A stretch of DNA of 64,000 nt from contig CBDFLQ010000007.1 of NCBI GenBank assembly GCA_965249275.1, positions 960,001-1,024,000 of the forward strand, given 5' to 3'. The stretch is from Dehalococcoidia bacterium (GTDB lineage Bacteria; Chloroflexota; Dehalococcoidia; Plut-88900). The position numbers and the translations under genes are program-made. This document shows, in pieces, positions 18,662-27,248 of the stretch. The stretch's first letter is position 1. Every line of letters begins with the position of its first letter. The notes under the pieces are model-generated. The model made no database searches. It saw only the letters and a list, made by a program, of their open reading frames with translations, and had not been told where the DNA came from.

Positions 18662-20239
18662 ATGACTCAACAGGAAGAGTATGACATCATCATAGTCGGG
18701 GGCGGGCACAATGGGCTGACGGCCGCGGCCTACCTGGCTGACGCAGGCATAAACGTACTGGTACTGGAACGTCGGGACGTGGTGGGTGGGGCGGCGGTGA
18801 CGGAGGAGCTGATACCAGGGTTCCGGTTTTCTACGGCGTCGATGTTCTGCGGGATGGTGCAGTCCAAGGTTGTCGAGGACCTGAAGCTGCAGGACTACGG
18901 ATACGATGCCTACGGAGTCGATCCTCCATACACATTCATGTTCCCGGACAACTCCTACCTGTGCGCCTGGAATGACCCAGACATGTTCAGGCGTGAGATT
19001 GGGAAGTTCTCCTCAAAGGACGCTGACGCCTTTTTCGAGCAGCAGCGTTTCATGCAGCGATACCAGGAATACATCCGACCTTATTTTCTGAGGAAACCGC
19101 CATCCGTTGCGGAGTTTGCGGCCCAGTTCAAGACGCAAGAGGAGGAAGAAGCATACCGGGCGATCATGTTCGGGTCGGCGGGGCACTATGCACTGGACAA
19201 CTACGAGTCGGACGCGGTCAGGGTAATGGCCACTGGGCTGGCGGCCTCGGGTAACGATGTATCACTTTTCAGTAAGGGCAACATGTTCAAGGCGCTGTGG
19301 GCCAACATGGCAGAAGCGACGGGAGTGGCGGGAGTTTGGGGATTCAGCCGGGGCGGCATGGGGGCCATCACCCAGGCCATGGCGGCATCTGCCGAGGCGA
19401 AGGGTGCAACGATCAGGACGGGTGCGGAAATCGAGGAGATCCTGGTAGAGGATGACCGTGCGACGGGCGTGGTACTAACGTCCGGCGAGACAATCCGGGC
19501 GCGTGCGGTAGCCTCCAACGCCGATCCCAAACGGACATTCCTCAAACTCGTTCCGGGCGGGCATCTGGAACCCAGTATCGAGCGTGACGTGAATAATTTG
19601 AAGCTCAGGGGAAACCTGGCCAAGGTGTTCATAGCATTGGACGCTCGGCCGGAGTGGGCCTGTTTCAACGGCGAGGACCCAGGGACACGGGACCAGGGAT
19701 TCATCGGCCTGGTGCCATCCATCGAATTCGTTGAGGAGTCTCGGGTGCAGGCGCTCAGGGGCGAGATGCCGGACAAGATATGGACGTTTCTGCATGTCCA
19801 ATCGATAACCGACGACTCCCTGGCCCCACCAGGGAAGCACGCCATGACGTGCTACTTCCAGCACGTGCCCTACGAGTTGGCAGAGGGAAGCTGGGACGAC
19901 GAGTCCACCAAGCGCGAACTCTCAAACCGGTGCCTTAACCACCTGCGGGAGTACATTACAAACCTGGACGACATCATGATTGATAACGTTGTGTTCGGGC
20001 CAAGGGACATTGAGGACCGTTTCTATTTGACCGAGGCCACGATGCACCACGGCGACATTACCCCCGACCAGATGTTTTCCCTTCGACCGTTCGCGGGTTA
20101 CTCGGACTACCGGACGCCGGTGAAGAACCTGTACTTATGTGGGTCGGGGGCGTTTCCGGGGGGGTCGGTGTCTGGGGCGCCGGGGCACAATGCGGCGCAC
20201 GAGATTATCAAGGACTGGCGCGAGGGGTTGATCGCGTAG
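18662..20239 (+). CDS. FAD-dependent oxidoreductase, phytoene desaturase-like
   Basis: VGGGHNGLTAAAYLA, GGAAVTEE, GGMGAIT, LYLCGSGAFPGGSVSGAPGHNAA. Confidence 0.88.
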   Translation: MTQQEEYDIIIVGGGHNGLTAAAYLADAGINVLVLERRDVVGGAAVTEELIPGFRFSTASMFCGMVQSKVVEDLKLQDYGYDAYGVDPPYTFMFPDNSYLCAWNDPDMFRREIGKFSSKDADAFFEQQRFMQRYQEYIRPYFLRKPPSVAEFAAQFKTQEEEEAYRAIMFGSAGHYALDNYESDAVRVMATGLAASGNDVSLFSKGNMFKALWANMAEATGVAGVWGFSRGGMGAITQAMAASAEAKGATIRTGAEIEEILVEDDRATGVVLTSGETIRARAVASNADPKRTFLKLVPGGHLEPSIERDVNNLKLRGNLAKVFIALDARPEWACFNGEDPGTRDQGFIGLVPSIEFVEESRVQALRGEMPDKIWTFLHVQSITDDSLAPPGKHAMTCYFQHVPYELAEGSWDDESTKRELSNRCLNHLREYITNLDDIMIDNVVFGPRDIEDRFYLTEATMHHGDITPDQMFSLRPFAGYSDYRTPVKNLYLCGSGAFPGGSVSGAPGHNAAHEIIKDWREGLIA

Positions 20240-20251
20240 CGGAGCGGGGGA

Positions 20252-21660
20252 GGGCGGTTCTCGAAACGCCCCTACGATGGCAGGTCAATCCGGGGTGAGG
20301 GGAGCGCCCCACCCCAGGCGACCGGCCGGTCGCCCCTACGGGAGGGGATGGATTCCGGGTCGGGGGGGAGGGGTTATTCAGTTGGGTCTCGGGGGTTTCG
20401 GTTTTGGTGGGGAGGGGTGGCGATGGAAGACGCCCGTTTGGCAGAGCTGCTTGTTCGTGGACTTGCAGCCATTATGCCCTGATGCTAGATGGTATACACG
20501 GACAATTCTCGGGCCAGACGTCCGGCAGAGGCTCCTTATGGGGGCTGTATGCCCGTGGGGGGCTTGTGGGGGCCAGGGATCCAGCTGTGCGAAGCCCCAC
20601 AGCCTAACTGATAGTGTCCAAGTTCGCCGGAAAAGGACAGGAGCGAATATCCTCCGGGCACCCCCGCGCCTTAGCGCCAAACTCCAGCAATGCGGGCCGA
20701 CGTTCGAGACGATTCTCCATGGGGGTCATGCGGTCCGCGGAGTGTATGCTCCGGTCACCCTTGATACAATCTCCCTGTGCCCCCTGAATTCCCGACTTCT
20801 CGGGAATGACAGAGGGGGAATGGAGGGAGCGTGAAGGCCAGGGCGTCTTTCCATCGCCTGGGTGGTGGGGAAGGGTGAGCCGGAACCTATGGATGAGGAG
20901 ATGGCGGCTTTCGCTTGAGCCGTGGGGCAGCGCGTGGGCTGCCCTTTGGGATGGGCTTGGACGTTGAGTCCTCGGGGGGTCCGGTGGGCTTCCCTAGTTT
21001 TTGGTTCCTCCTTAAGGTAGTTAGGTACGTGTTCGAACGGTGGGAAGATTAGCACGAGTGTTCAGGTAGGGTCAAGGGGTTGATGTCACACTTGGGGAGA
21101 CACCGCCCAGCCCCACCGGGGAACCCTCACCCCCTTTGTCCCCCTCTCCCTTAGGGCCTTCAAGGGAGAGGGGGAGATAAGAATAGAGGCCCACGTGCGT
21201 GCTCTGCACGCACGTGGGCCTCTAATTCAGTACTGGTGGGAGGGGGACAAGGATGGTCGGATAGGCATCTGTGTTGTACAAGCAAGCGCTTTAGATCCCT
21301 AGCGGGGCCTCGGGATGGGAGGGGGCTGGGGTGGAGGTGCAGGGTGAGCGCGATTTATTGGCAGAACTGGGCCTCCCCCCGCTCGACCCTTCGACTTTGC
21401 TCAGGGTGAGCGACCCCTCCCCGGGGATGGATTCCGGCTCTCGGCGGCCGGAATGACGGATGGGGGCTAGGAATGGTGTGATGGGGCAAGTCCTAGATCC
21501 CTCGCGGAGCCTCGGGATGACATGGCAAATGGGGGCGGAGGGGAGAGGACGTGACGAATTGGCGGTTCTGGGCCGCCCCCGCTCGACCCTTCGACTCTGC
21601 TCAGGATGAGCGGCCCCTCCTAGGGATGGATTCCGGCACTCGGGGGGCGGAATGATGGAA
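20252..21660. repeat. Non-coding mosaic of REP-like palindromes, including two tandem composite units (21292-21460, 21494-21660)
   Basis: GGCG..CGCCCCTAC x2; (G)ATTCC..GGAATGA(C) x3; CCCTTCGAC..GCTCAGG x2; TAGATCCCT..CTCGGGATG x2; CCCCTCTCCCT..AGGGAGAGGGG; perfect 19-bp stem at 21184-21224. Confidence 0.8.
21007..21075 (-). promoter_or_regulatory. Putative sigma70 promoter with LexA-like box and strong SD, no following start codon
   Basis: TTGACC-18-TAATCT with extended TG; GAAC-ACTC-GTGC in the spacer; AAGGAGG downstream. Confidence 0.4.
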
Positions 21661-21907
21661 GGCACGCTTCCCCCCATATTCCTCGCGGGGCCTCGGAATT
21701 GTGGATGACAGGGTTGCATACGTCGGCAGGGTGAGGGAAATTGATTCCGGCTTGGGGGGCGGAGAAATTGAGAAGGATGGGAGCGGATTCGGGAGTGGGA
21801 CTCGACGCACTTTGGGAATGCATCGCTGTAGAATAGGTCGCCATCTGATGCCACGTTTGTGTTAATAGTCGAAAATGCACAGGAAATAGCTAACTAAGGA
21901 GAACAAG

Positions 21908-22267
21908 ATGGGCAATCCGGTCTTACATTTTGAAATAACCTGCAAGGATGCGGGAGCAGGTCAGGGCTTCTATAGAGACCTGTTCGATTGGAAGATAGCG
22001 TCAGACAATCCTTGGAATTATGGGCTGGTGGAGAAGGGGTCCGAGGAGGGGATCGGGGGAGGGATCACTGGTACGAACCCCGAAATGAGCCATCCCGGGG
22101 TGATGATCTACGTGGAGGTGGAGGACCTGCAGGCGACGCTGGACAAGGCTGAGGGCCTGGGCGGCAAGACCACGATGCCAATTATGGAGATTCCCGGAAT
22201 GGTTACCCTGGCCCATTTTTCCGATCCTGATGGGAATGTAATCGGGATCGTGAAGTCTGCAGAGTAG
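21908..22267 (+). CDS. VOC/glyoxalase family protein
   Basis: NPVLHFEI, FYRDLFDW, GIGGGI, DPDGNVIGI. Confidence 0.9.
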   Translation: MGNPVLHFEITCKDAGAGQGFYRDLFDWKIASDNPWNYGLVEKGSEEGIGGGITGTNPEMSHPGVMIYVEVEDLQATLDKAEGLGGKTTMPIMEIPGMVTLAHFSDPDGNVIGIVKSAE

Positions 22268-22294
22268 GTGTTCAAGCAGTCCTGAGTAACCTCC

Positions 22295-22322
22295 GGCAGC
22301 CGGGCCGCGCGGCCCGGCTGCC
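22295..22322. terminator. Perfect 28-bp palindrome between convergent genes
   Basis: GGCAGCCGGGCCGCGCGGCCCGGCTGCC. Confidence 0.6.
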
Positions 22323-22328
22323 AAAGGT

Positions 22329-22523
22329 TTAGGCGGCTGGCTTCATTCGCTCCGTGTTAACCGGTCTGTTTTGGACCTTCACCGTGCGGCGGGAGACCAT
22401 GGCTGCGACATCGGCCTCGTTGAGGTCTCGGCTGCACTGGAAACAGGTGATGTAGTGGCCGAACAAATCGGTGCCGGAGAACAGATCGCCTCCGCACCAG
22501 GGGCAACCCTTTAACCAGAACAT
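22329..22523 (-). CDS. Small Zn-ribbon protein (CPxCGGD...CxQC), 64 aa
   Basis: MFWLKGCPWCGGDLF...CFQCS; ATG after AGGAAGGAG. Confidence 0.7.
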   Translation of the reverse strand: MFWLKGCPWCGGDLFSGTDLFGHYITCFQCSRDLNEADVAAMVSRRTVKVQNRPVNTERMKPAA

Positions 22524-22781
22524 TGTTTCAATCTCCTTCCTCACCGGTCTGCGGTACACATTCTCCCGAACCCTGTGAAGGCCCGAGACATTTAACGTCC
22601 CTACATTTTCTATAACGAAAGATCGGCGATTTGGTTCCTTCTCGGGGGCCGGGAATTTCCAGAAGGCGTTACAAGCTAGTATTTGCGGCGTGGGTAGAGC
22701 CTTATCCAACGCTGAGCCAAGGCGCGAGCCAGTTGACTACGATTAGAGAGTCGTTTTAGTATTGGATGTCACGAATCTCGG

Positions 22782-22858
22782 GGCGCATTCGTCTAGCGGC
22801 CTAGGACACCGCCCTCTCAAGGCGGAGACCACGGGTTCGAATCCCGTATGCGCTACCA
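22782..22858 (+). tRNA. tRNA-Glu(CTC)
   Basis: GGCGCATTCGTCTAGCGGCCTAGGACACCGCCCTCTCAAGGCGGAGACCACGGGTTCGAATCCCGTATGCGCTACCA. Confidence 0.95.
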
Positions 22859-22925
22859 CTATATGTACGTGCTAGCTATAGAACGCCTTGATGGTCAGTA
22901 CGGTCACCACTTAAGACACCACCTG

Positions 22926-23075
22926 ATGGCTACCCCAAAACGCCCCAATCCTCCACAGAAACCTTCACCATCGCCTCCATCTCAGCCACGTCCCAAGCCA
23001 ACCATTGAAACCTTTAACCCTCAGCCAAGACGCCCGCTTATCTCAGGAATGGAAGATACTCATGGCTGCCTCTAA
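22926..23075 (+). CDS. Pro-rich micro-protein 1 (49 aa)
   Basis: MATPKRPNPPQKPSPSPPSQPRPKPTIETFNPQPRRPLISGMEDTHGCL; paralogous to the next ORF. Confidence 0.6.
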   Translation: MATPKRPNPPQKPSPSPPSQPRPKPTIETFNPQPRRPLISGMEDTHGCL

Positions 23076-23166
23076 TCCGTCAAAGCCTCAACAGAAGCCA
23101 CCCTCGCCTTCCCCTTCACAGACACGCCCCAAGCCCACGAGGGAGACCCGCAGCTTACCTTTATAA
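23062..23166 (+). CDS. Pro-rich micro-protein 2 (34 aa)
   Basis: MAASNPSKPQQKPPSPSPSQTRPKPTRETRSLPL; 16 of the first 29 aa identical to micro-protein 1, ungapped. Confidence 0.6.
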   Translation: MAASNPSKPQQKPPSPSPSQTRPKPTRETRSLPL

Positions 23167-23688
23167 GGTCAGGCTGATCACTCCCCAAGTGGCACCTGTC
23201 ACCATCTCTACGATTAGCAGGTGCCCCATCCAATCTGCCCTTCCCGCCATTTTGTCGAGGAATTCACTGTTGTCGCGCATGTGCTCGCCAGCAGTCTCGA
23301 TCAAATGCCTTTTGAATTCGGTGGGGTCAAGTTCAACATCTGACTGAGGGTCGAATCCCTCGCGATCGACAATTAGTAATCCCGGGTCTATTGTCGCGAG
23401 CTTGCCAATTTTGAGTGTTCGAACGGCGCCGATTCTAATGGCAAAAAAGGCAGCCAAGGCTAGGATTCCAGGTATCGCAGCCCAAAGGGTCCAAGAAATC
23501 TTGCCACCGTTTATTGCGCCTACAATTGCCGGAATGCCGATTAAAGCAATCGTTGATTGTGCAAGCTGGCTCTGTATCCGCTCTTCTACTGCGGATATGC
23601 GCCTCAACATCCACTCATAGGATGAGGGAATGTATTCGTAAGCAAGGTCAAGGGACGGATATTTTTGATCCGGCGTCGCTTTACTCAT
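23161..23688 (-). CDS. Hypothetical 3-TM membrane protein
   Basis: 175 aa; N-terminal helix, two adjacent hydrophobic segments, polar loop, C-terminal hydrophobic segment. Confidence 0.75.
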   Translation of the reverse strand: MSKATPDQKYPSLDLAYEYIPSSYEWMLRRISAVEERIQSQLAQSTIALIGIPAIVGAINGGKISWTLWAAIPGILALAAFFAIRIGAVRTLKIGKLATIDPGLLIVDREGFDPQSDVELDPTEFKRHLIETAGEHMRDNSEFLDKMAGRADWMGHLLIVEMVTGATWGVISLTL

Positions 23689-24026
23689 TGGACCTTAAAA
23701 TGTAAGGCCATGCATTCAGACCGTCAACTAACATTCAATAGACCTGCGGAAATCACTGCAAAGACAAGACCCACGCCCCCGGCGCAGAATGTGCGATCCT
23801 CAGTTAGGGAATACGGGTGGGTGAGACGTGGTCCGCTCTGATGCTATAACGTCCGCGCCATGAATGGCTGAAGGGCGTCGAGCGAGCAGGCCAGTTCGCA
23901 AGGTGAGATTGACCAATTCAGTTGATTGGCCAATCAATAATACGGGTTGCCAAGCTCTAGCTATTCTATTTGTCGACTCTCGGCAGCCTACGTCCAGCAT
24001 TCATTGCCTACAAGCAACTGATGGCG

Positions 24027-25268
24027 CTAGTAGGCTACTTTCGTATCAGTAGCTACCAGCTTGCCCTCTTTGACCTTGTTTACGATGTAAGAGAGATCAC
24101 TGATGTATTCTTCGACTACCGGCTTCTGGATTAACGATAGCATCATGTGTATGGCGTTGGGTTCCTGGATACGGCTGGTGTACCAGCCTGAGTCGCTCAT
24201 GCCGTCTGCGACGGCGAAAATATCGAATTCGCTGGAACCGTAAGTGAAAATGGTCAGTTGCGGGTCTCCGTATGTTTCCAGGCCATCGATGCGATTAACG
24301 CCGTCCATTAAGGCTTCCCTGATGTGGAGAACCTCTTGCGCAATCCTCATATACCCCTCTTCGCCCAGATAGTTCATTACCGCCCATGCGGAGGCTATGG
24401 CGCCACCGGGTCGGCTGCCGACGAATGTTTGGGTCGAGTAGAGGCCTTTCGACCATTGGTCGAAGACGAATCCCTGGTATTCCAGGTACTGGGCGTCGCT
24501 GTATAGGACCGTGGATGCGCCCTTTGCTGCATAACCGTTCTTGTGAATATCCGCGGAGATGGACCTGACGCCGGGAATGGCGAAATCGAAGTCGGGTATG
24601 GAGTAGCCCAGTTTCCTGACAAAGGGCGCGATAAATCCGCCTATGCAACAGTCGACGTGGAGCCAGAGGTCTCTGGACTGGGCCAGTTCTCCCAAGTCGC
24701 CGATGGGATCGACAACCCCATGCGGGTACTCCGGGGCCGAGCCGACCATCATGATCGTATTGTCGGTGATGGCGTCGGACATGGCATCAACATCGGCGCG
24801 GAAGTCAGGGCCCGGGTTTACCCTTACTACTTTCATGTCCAGGAGTTCGGCGGCACGGTCAAACGCAGGATGCGCCGTGCGGGAGGTCAATATCTCAGGA
24901 GCGCCCTGGATGGGTCTATTGGCTCGGGCCCAGTCTCGGGCGGACTTTATGGCGAGGAAGATGCTTTCGGTGCCTCCCGTTGTCATGCTGCCGGCGGCGT
25001 TCTCTCCGCCGTGAAGCAGCCCCAGGCTTAGGTCGATAACCTCTTCCTCCATGTTGGCTAGACTCGGGTAGACCTTTGGATAGACTGCGTTCTCGTTAAA
25101 GAACATAGCGTATGCGTCATGGGCGACCTGTATAACATCATCGCCGGCGTAATAGAGCAGGCCCGAGATTTTCCCGGTGCGCCAGTCGATATCACCCTGT
25201 CGCGCTTCGGTGAGACGGTCTTTTAGCTCGTCCCAGTTGGTGCCGGTTTTCGGAAAAGACTTGCCCAT
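24027..25268 (-). CDS. PLP-dependent group II decarboxylase / sphingosine-1-phosphate lyase-like
   Basis: TTGGTESI, WLHVDCCIGGF, SISADIHKNGYAAKGAS, GSRPGG. Confidence 0.85.
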   Translation of the reverse strand: MGKSFPKTGTNWDELKDRLTEARQGDIDWRTGKISGLLYYAGDDVIQVAHDAYAMFFNENAVYPKVYPSLANMEEEVIDLSLGLLHGGENAAGSMTTGGTESIFLAIKSARDWARANRPIQGAPEILTSRTAHPAFDRAAELLDMKVVRVNPGPDFRADVDAMSDAITDNTIMMVGSAPEYPHGVVDPIGDLGELAQSRDLWLHVDCCIGGFIAPFVRKLGYSIPDFDFAIPGVRSISADIHKNGYAAKGASTVLYSDAQYLEYQGFVFDQWSKGLYSTQTFVGSRPGGAIASAWAVMNYLGEEGYMRIAQEVLHIREALMDGVNRIDGLETYGDPQLTIFTYGSSEFDIFAVADGMSDSGWYTSRIQEPNAIHMMLSLIQKPVVEEYISDLSYIVNKVKEGKLVATDTKVAY

Positions 25269-25396
25269 AATTCATCTCCTGAATTGTTCTAAGGGATGTG
25301 GAGTATTCAGATTTCTTCCACAAAGGTAATGTCAAAAGAAGGTTGCGTCAACAGTTTTGCGAACGTTAAGAGTGCGACACCCTGCCTCTCAATAGC

Positions 25397-25425
25397 TTGA
25401 CGGGTTCACCTAGGGCCCATAGAAT
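25397..25425 (+). promoter_or_regulatory. Putative sigma70 promoter for the solute-binding protein gene
   Basis: TTGACG-17-TAGAAT. Confidence 0.55.
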
Positions 25426-25474
25426 GCCGCATTGTGCCTACCGAAGAGCCGTTCATTATGATATGGGAGGAAAT

Positions 25475-26896
25475 ATGGTCAAGATCGGAAACACAACTAA
25501 GAAGATGACAAGAGGCCGCGTCATCTTGGGGGTTATGGGCATTCTGCTGGTAATCCTGCTGGTATCCGCGGCCTGTGCAGGACCTGCCGGCCCTCCAGGT
25601 CCTGCCGGTCCCTCCGGAGCTGCCGGCGCAGCCGGCGCCACAGGCGATGCGGGACCCGCCGGCCCGCAAGGCCCACAGGGCCCCGCCGCCGGTGAGGCAC
25701 CGTTGCCCACGGCGACACCTGTTCCCACGGCAATGCCCGAGCCCACCGCCATGCCGGAACCCACTGCGATGCCCGAGCCTGAGAGCCTTATAAGGCCGCC
25801 ATCCGAGTGGACAATAGAGAATCCAGCAACGCGCGAGGAGATAGAAGCGGAACTGGAAAACTACAGAGGCCAGACCATAACCTACGGAACTTGGGGTGGC
25901 GCCTACACCTCCGCAGAGCAAGTGGCATATTTCGATCCCATTGCTGAACAGTTTGGCATCGAAGTAATTGCGGACGGGACTACCAACCCGAATACGAAGC
26001 TGCGACTGATAGCCGAGACCGGCAACTTCGACTGGACCTTCGCCCTGGGGACTACTCCGGTCTTCGCCGAGCTTGGTGAGATCGGGCTCCTGGAACCCCT
26101 GGACAAGAGCGTGGTCGACAACCGGAGCTTTGCTGGGATCCTGAGGGACCACGCCTACTTCGCCGGCGTAGGAGGAATAGCCTCCGAACCGCTGGCATAC
26201 AGCACGAACACTTACACCGAAGAAACTCGGCCCAAGACCATGAAGGACTTCTTCGACGTGGAGAACTTCCCCGGTGTCCGCGCTCTGGACAGTCGTGGAT
26301 GGACGTGGTTGCGCTACGTGACGGCCGCCTACTGGAGCGAAAACCCCGAGCACATAGGCACAACCGATGGCACTCTTAGCCTCGAACAGATCGATGAGGC
26401 CTACACTTACCTGGACGAGCTGAAGCCCCACATCAACGTCTATGCCGCCGGTTCCTCCGACTGCCCCACCTTCCTGATCGTAGGCGAGGTGGACATGTGC
26501 CTCACCGGCAACGGCCGTTTCGGAGCAGCCATCCTAAACGGCGATCCACTGCAGATGTCCTGGGAGGCCGGGCACCTGATGACCACCTTCGCCCAGGTCA
26601 TTCCCATCGGCTTGAGGGATGCCGAGCCTGAGAAATTTGAGCTTACCCAGCTCATCATGGCATACCTCTCCTTCCCGGAGATAAACAACCAGATCTCCCG
26701 CTACATCCAGTACTCCCCCATCAACCAGGCATCTTGGGAGCTTCTTGCCGGTCCGGAATTCGACGAAGCGCGGCAGTTCCTGCCCACCTCACCCGCTAAC
26801 GCCCAATACGGCTGGCTAGTGGACGAAGTATGGCAGACCGGCGTCACCGCCGAGCAAACTGAGCGCTACGTCACCTGGCAAACTGAGGGTAGCTAA
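25475..26896 (+). CDS. Extracellular solute-binding lipoprotein (PotD/PotF-like) with collagen-like stalk
   Basis: Lipobox SAAC; 12 Gly-X-Y triplets; PTAMPE x3; WGGAY and FFDVENFPGVRAL SBP motifs. Confidence 0.85.
   Translation: MVKIGNTTKKMTRGRVILGVMGILLVILLVSAACAGPAGPPGPAGPSGAAGAAGATGDAGPAGPQGPQGPAAGEAPLPTATPVPTAMPEPTAMPEPTAMPEPESLIRPPSEWTIENPATREEIEAELENYRGQTITYGTWGGAYTSAEQVAYFDPIAEQFGIEVIADGTTNPNTKLRLIAETGNFDWTFALGTTPVFAELGEIGLLEPLDKSVVDNRSFAGILRDHAYFAGVGGIASEPLAYSTNTYTEETRPKTMKDFFDVENFPGVRALDSRGWTWLRYVTAAYWSENPEHIGTTDGTLSLEQIDEAYTYLDELKPHINVYAAGSSDCPTFLIVGEVDMCLTGNGRFGAAILNGDPLQMSWEAGHLMTTFAQVIPIGLRDAEPEKFELTQLIMAYLSFPEINNQISRYIQYSPINQASWELLAGPEFDEARQFLPTSPANAQYGWLVDEVWQTGVTAEQTERYVTWQTEGS
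25580..25777 (+). repeat. Coding repeats: (Gly-X-Y)12 and 18-bp PTAMPE x3
   Basis: GPAGPPGPAGPSGAAGAAGATGDAGPAGPQGPQGPA; cccacggcaatgcccgag-type units at 25724-25777. Confidence 0.9.
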
Positions 26897-26933
26897 AGCA
26901 TTAGAAAGCCAGTCTTAGGTCATAAGTAGAATT

Positions 26934-26984
26934 GGTGAGGTCGGGTGTCAGGAGAATGATGCCCGGCCTCACCGCTTTCTTTTT
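26934..26984 (+). terminator. Rho-independent terminator
   Basis: GGTGAGGTCGGGTGTCA/TGATGCCCGGCCTCACC stem followed by a T-rich tract. Confidence 0.75.
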
Positions 26985-27248
26985 ATGGAGCATTGGCCAT
27001 GTAGGGTTCTTCTCTGTCCCAGCTTTGATCAACTTTGCCAGATGGAGAGCGACCCGAGTGTCGGGGCCCACACCGTTGTTCTCTGATCAACATCGGCCAC
27101 GTGGATGTCACCCAGTACAAGAACCGTATACCAGGATGGAAACTGCACAGTAGGGATACTACGAAAAGAGCCGAGCAAGACCGACCATTACCAGGGACGC
27201 GCGTTTAGTGGATAATTAGGCTAGCAAGGTAGCTGCAAAGGACGTTTT

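Noticed and set aside
20419-20500. Fluoride riboswitch (GGCGATGG start)
   Set aside because: Lacks the downstream pseudoknot partner and a suitable downstream gene
20252-21660. CRISPR array or protein-coding ORFs in the repeat region
   Set aside because: No constant repeat-spacer periodicity, no cas genes, and ORFs are low-complexity translations of palindromes
23690-24026. attR copy of the tRNA-Glu 3' end closing the peptide islet
   Set aside because: No repeat of the tRNA 3' sequence found, so the islet boundary and mobility are unproven
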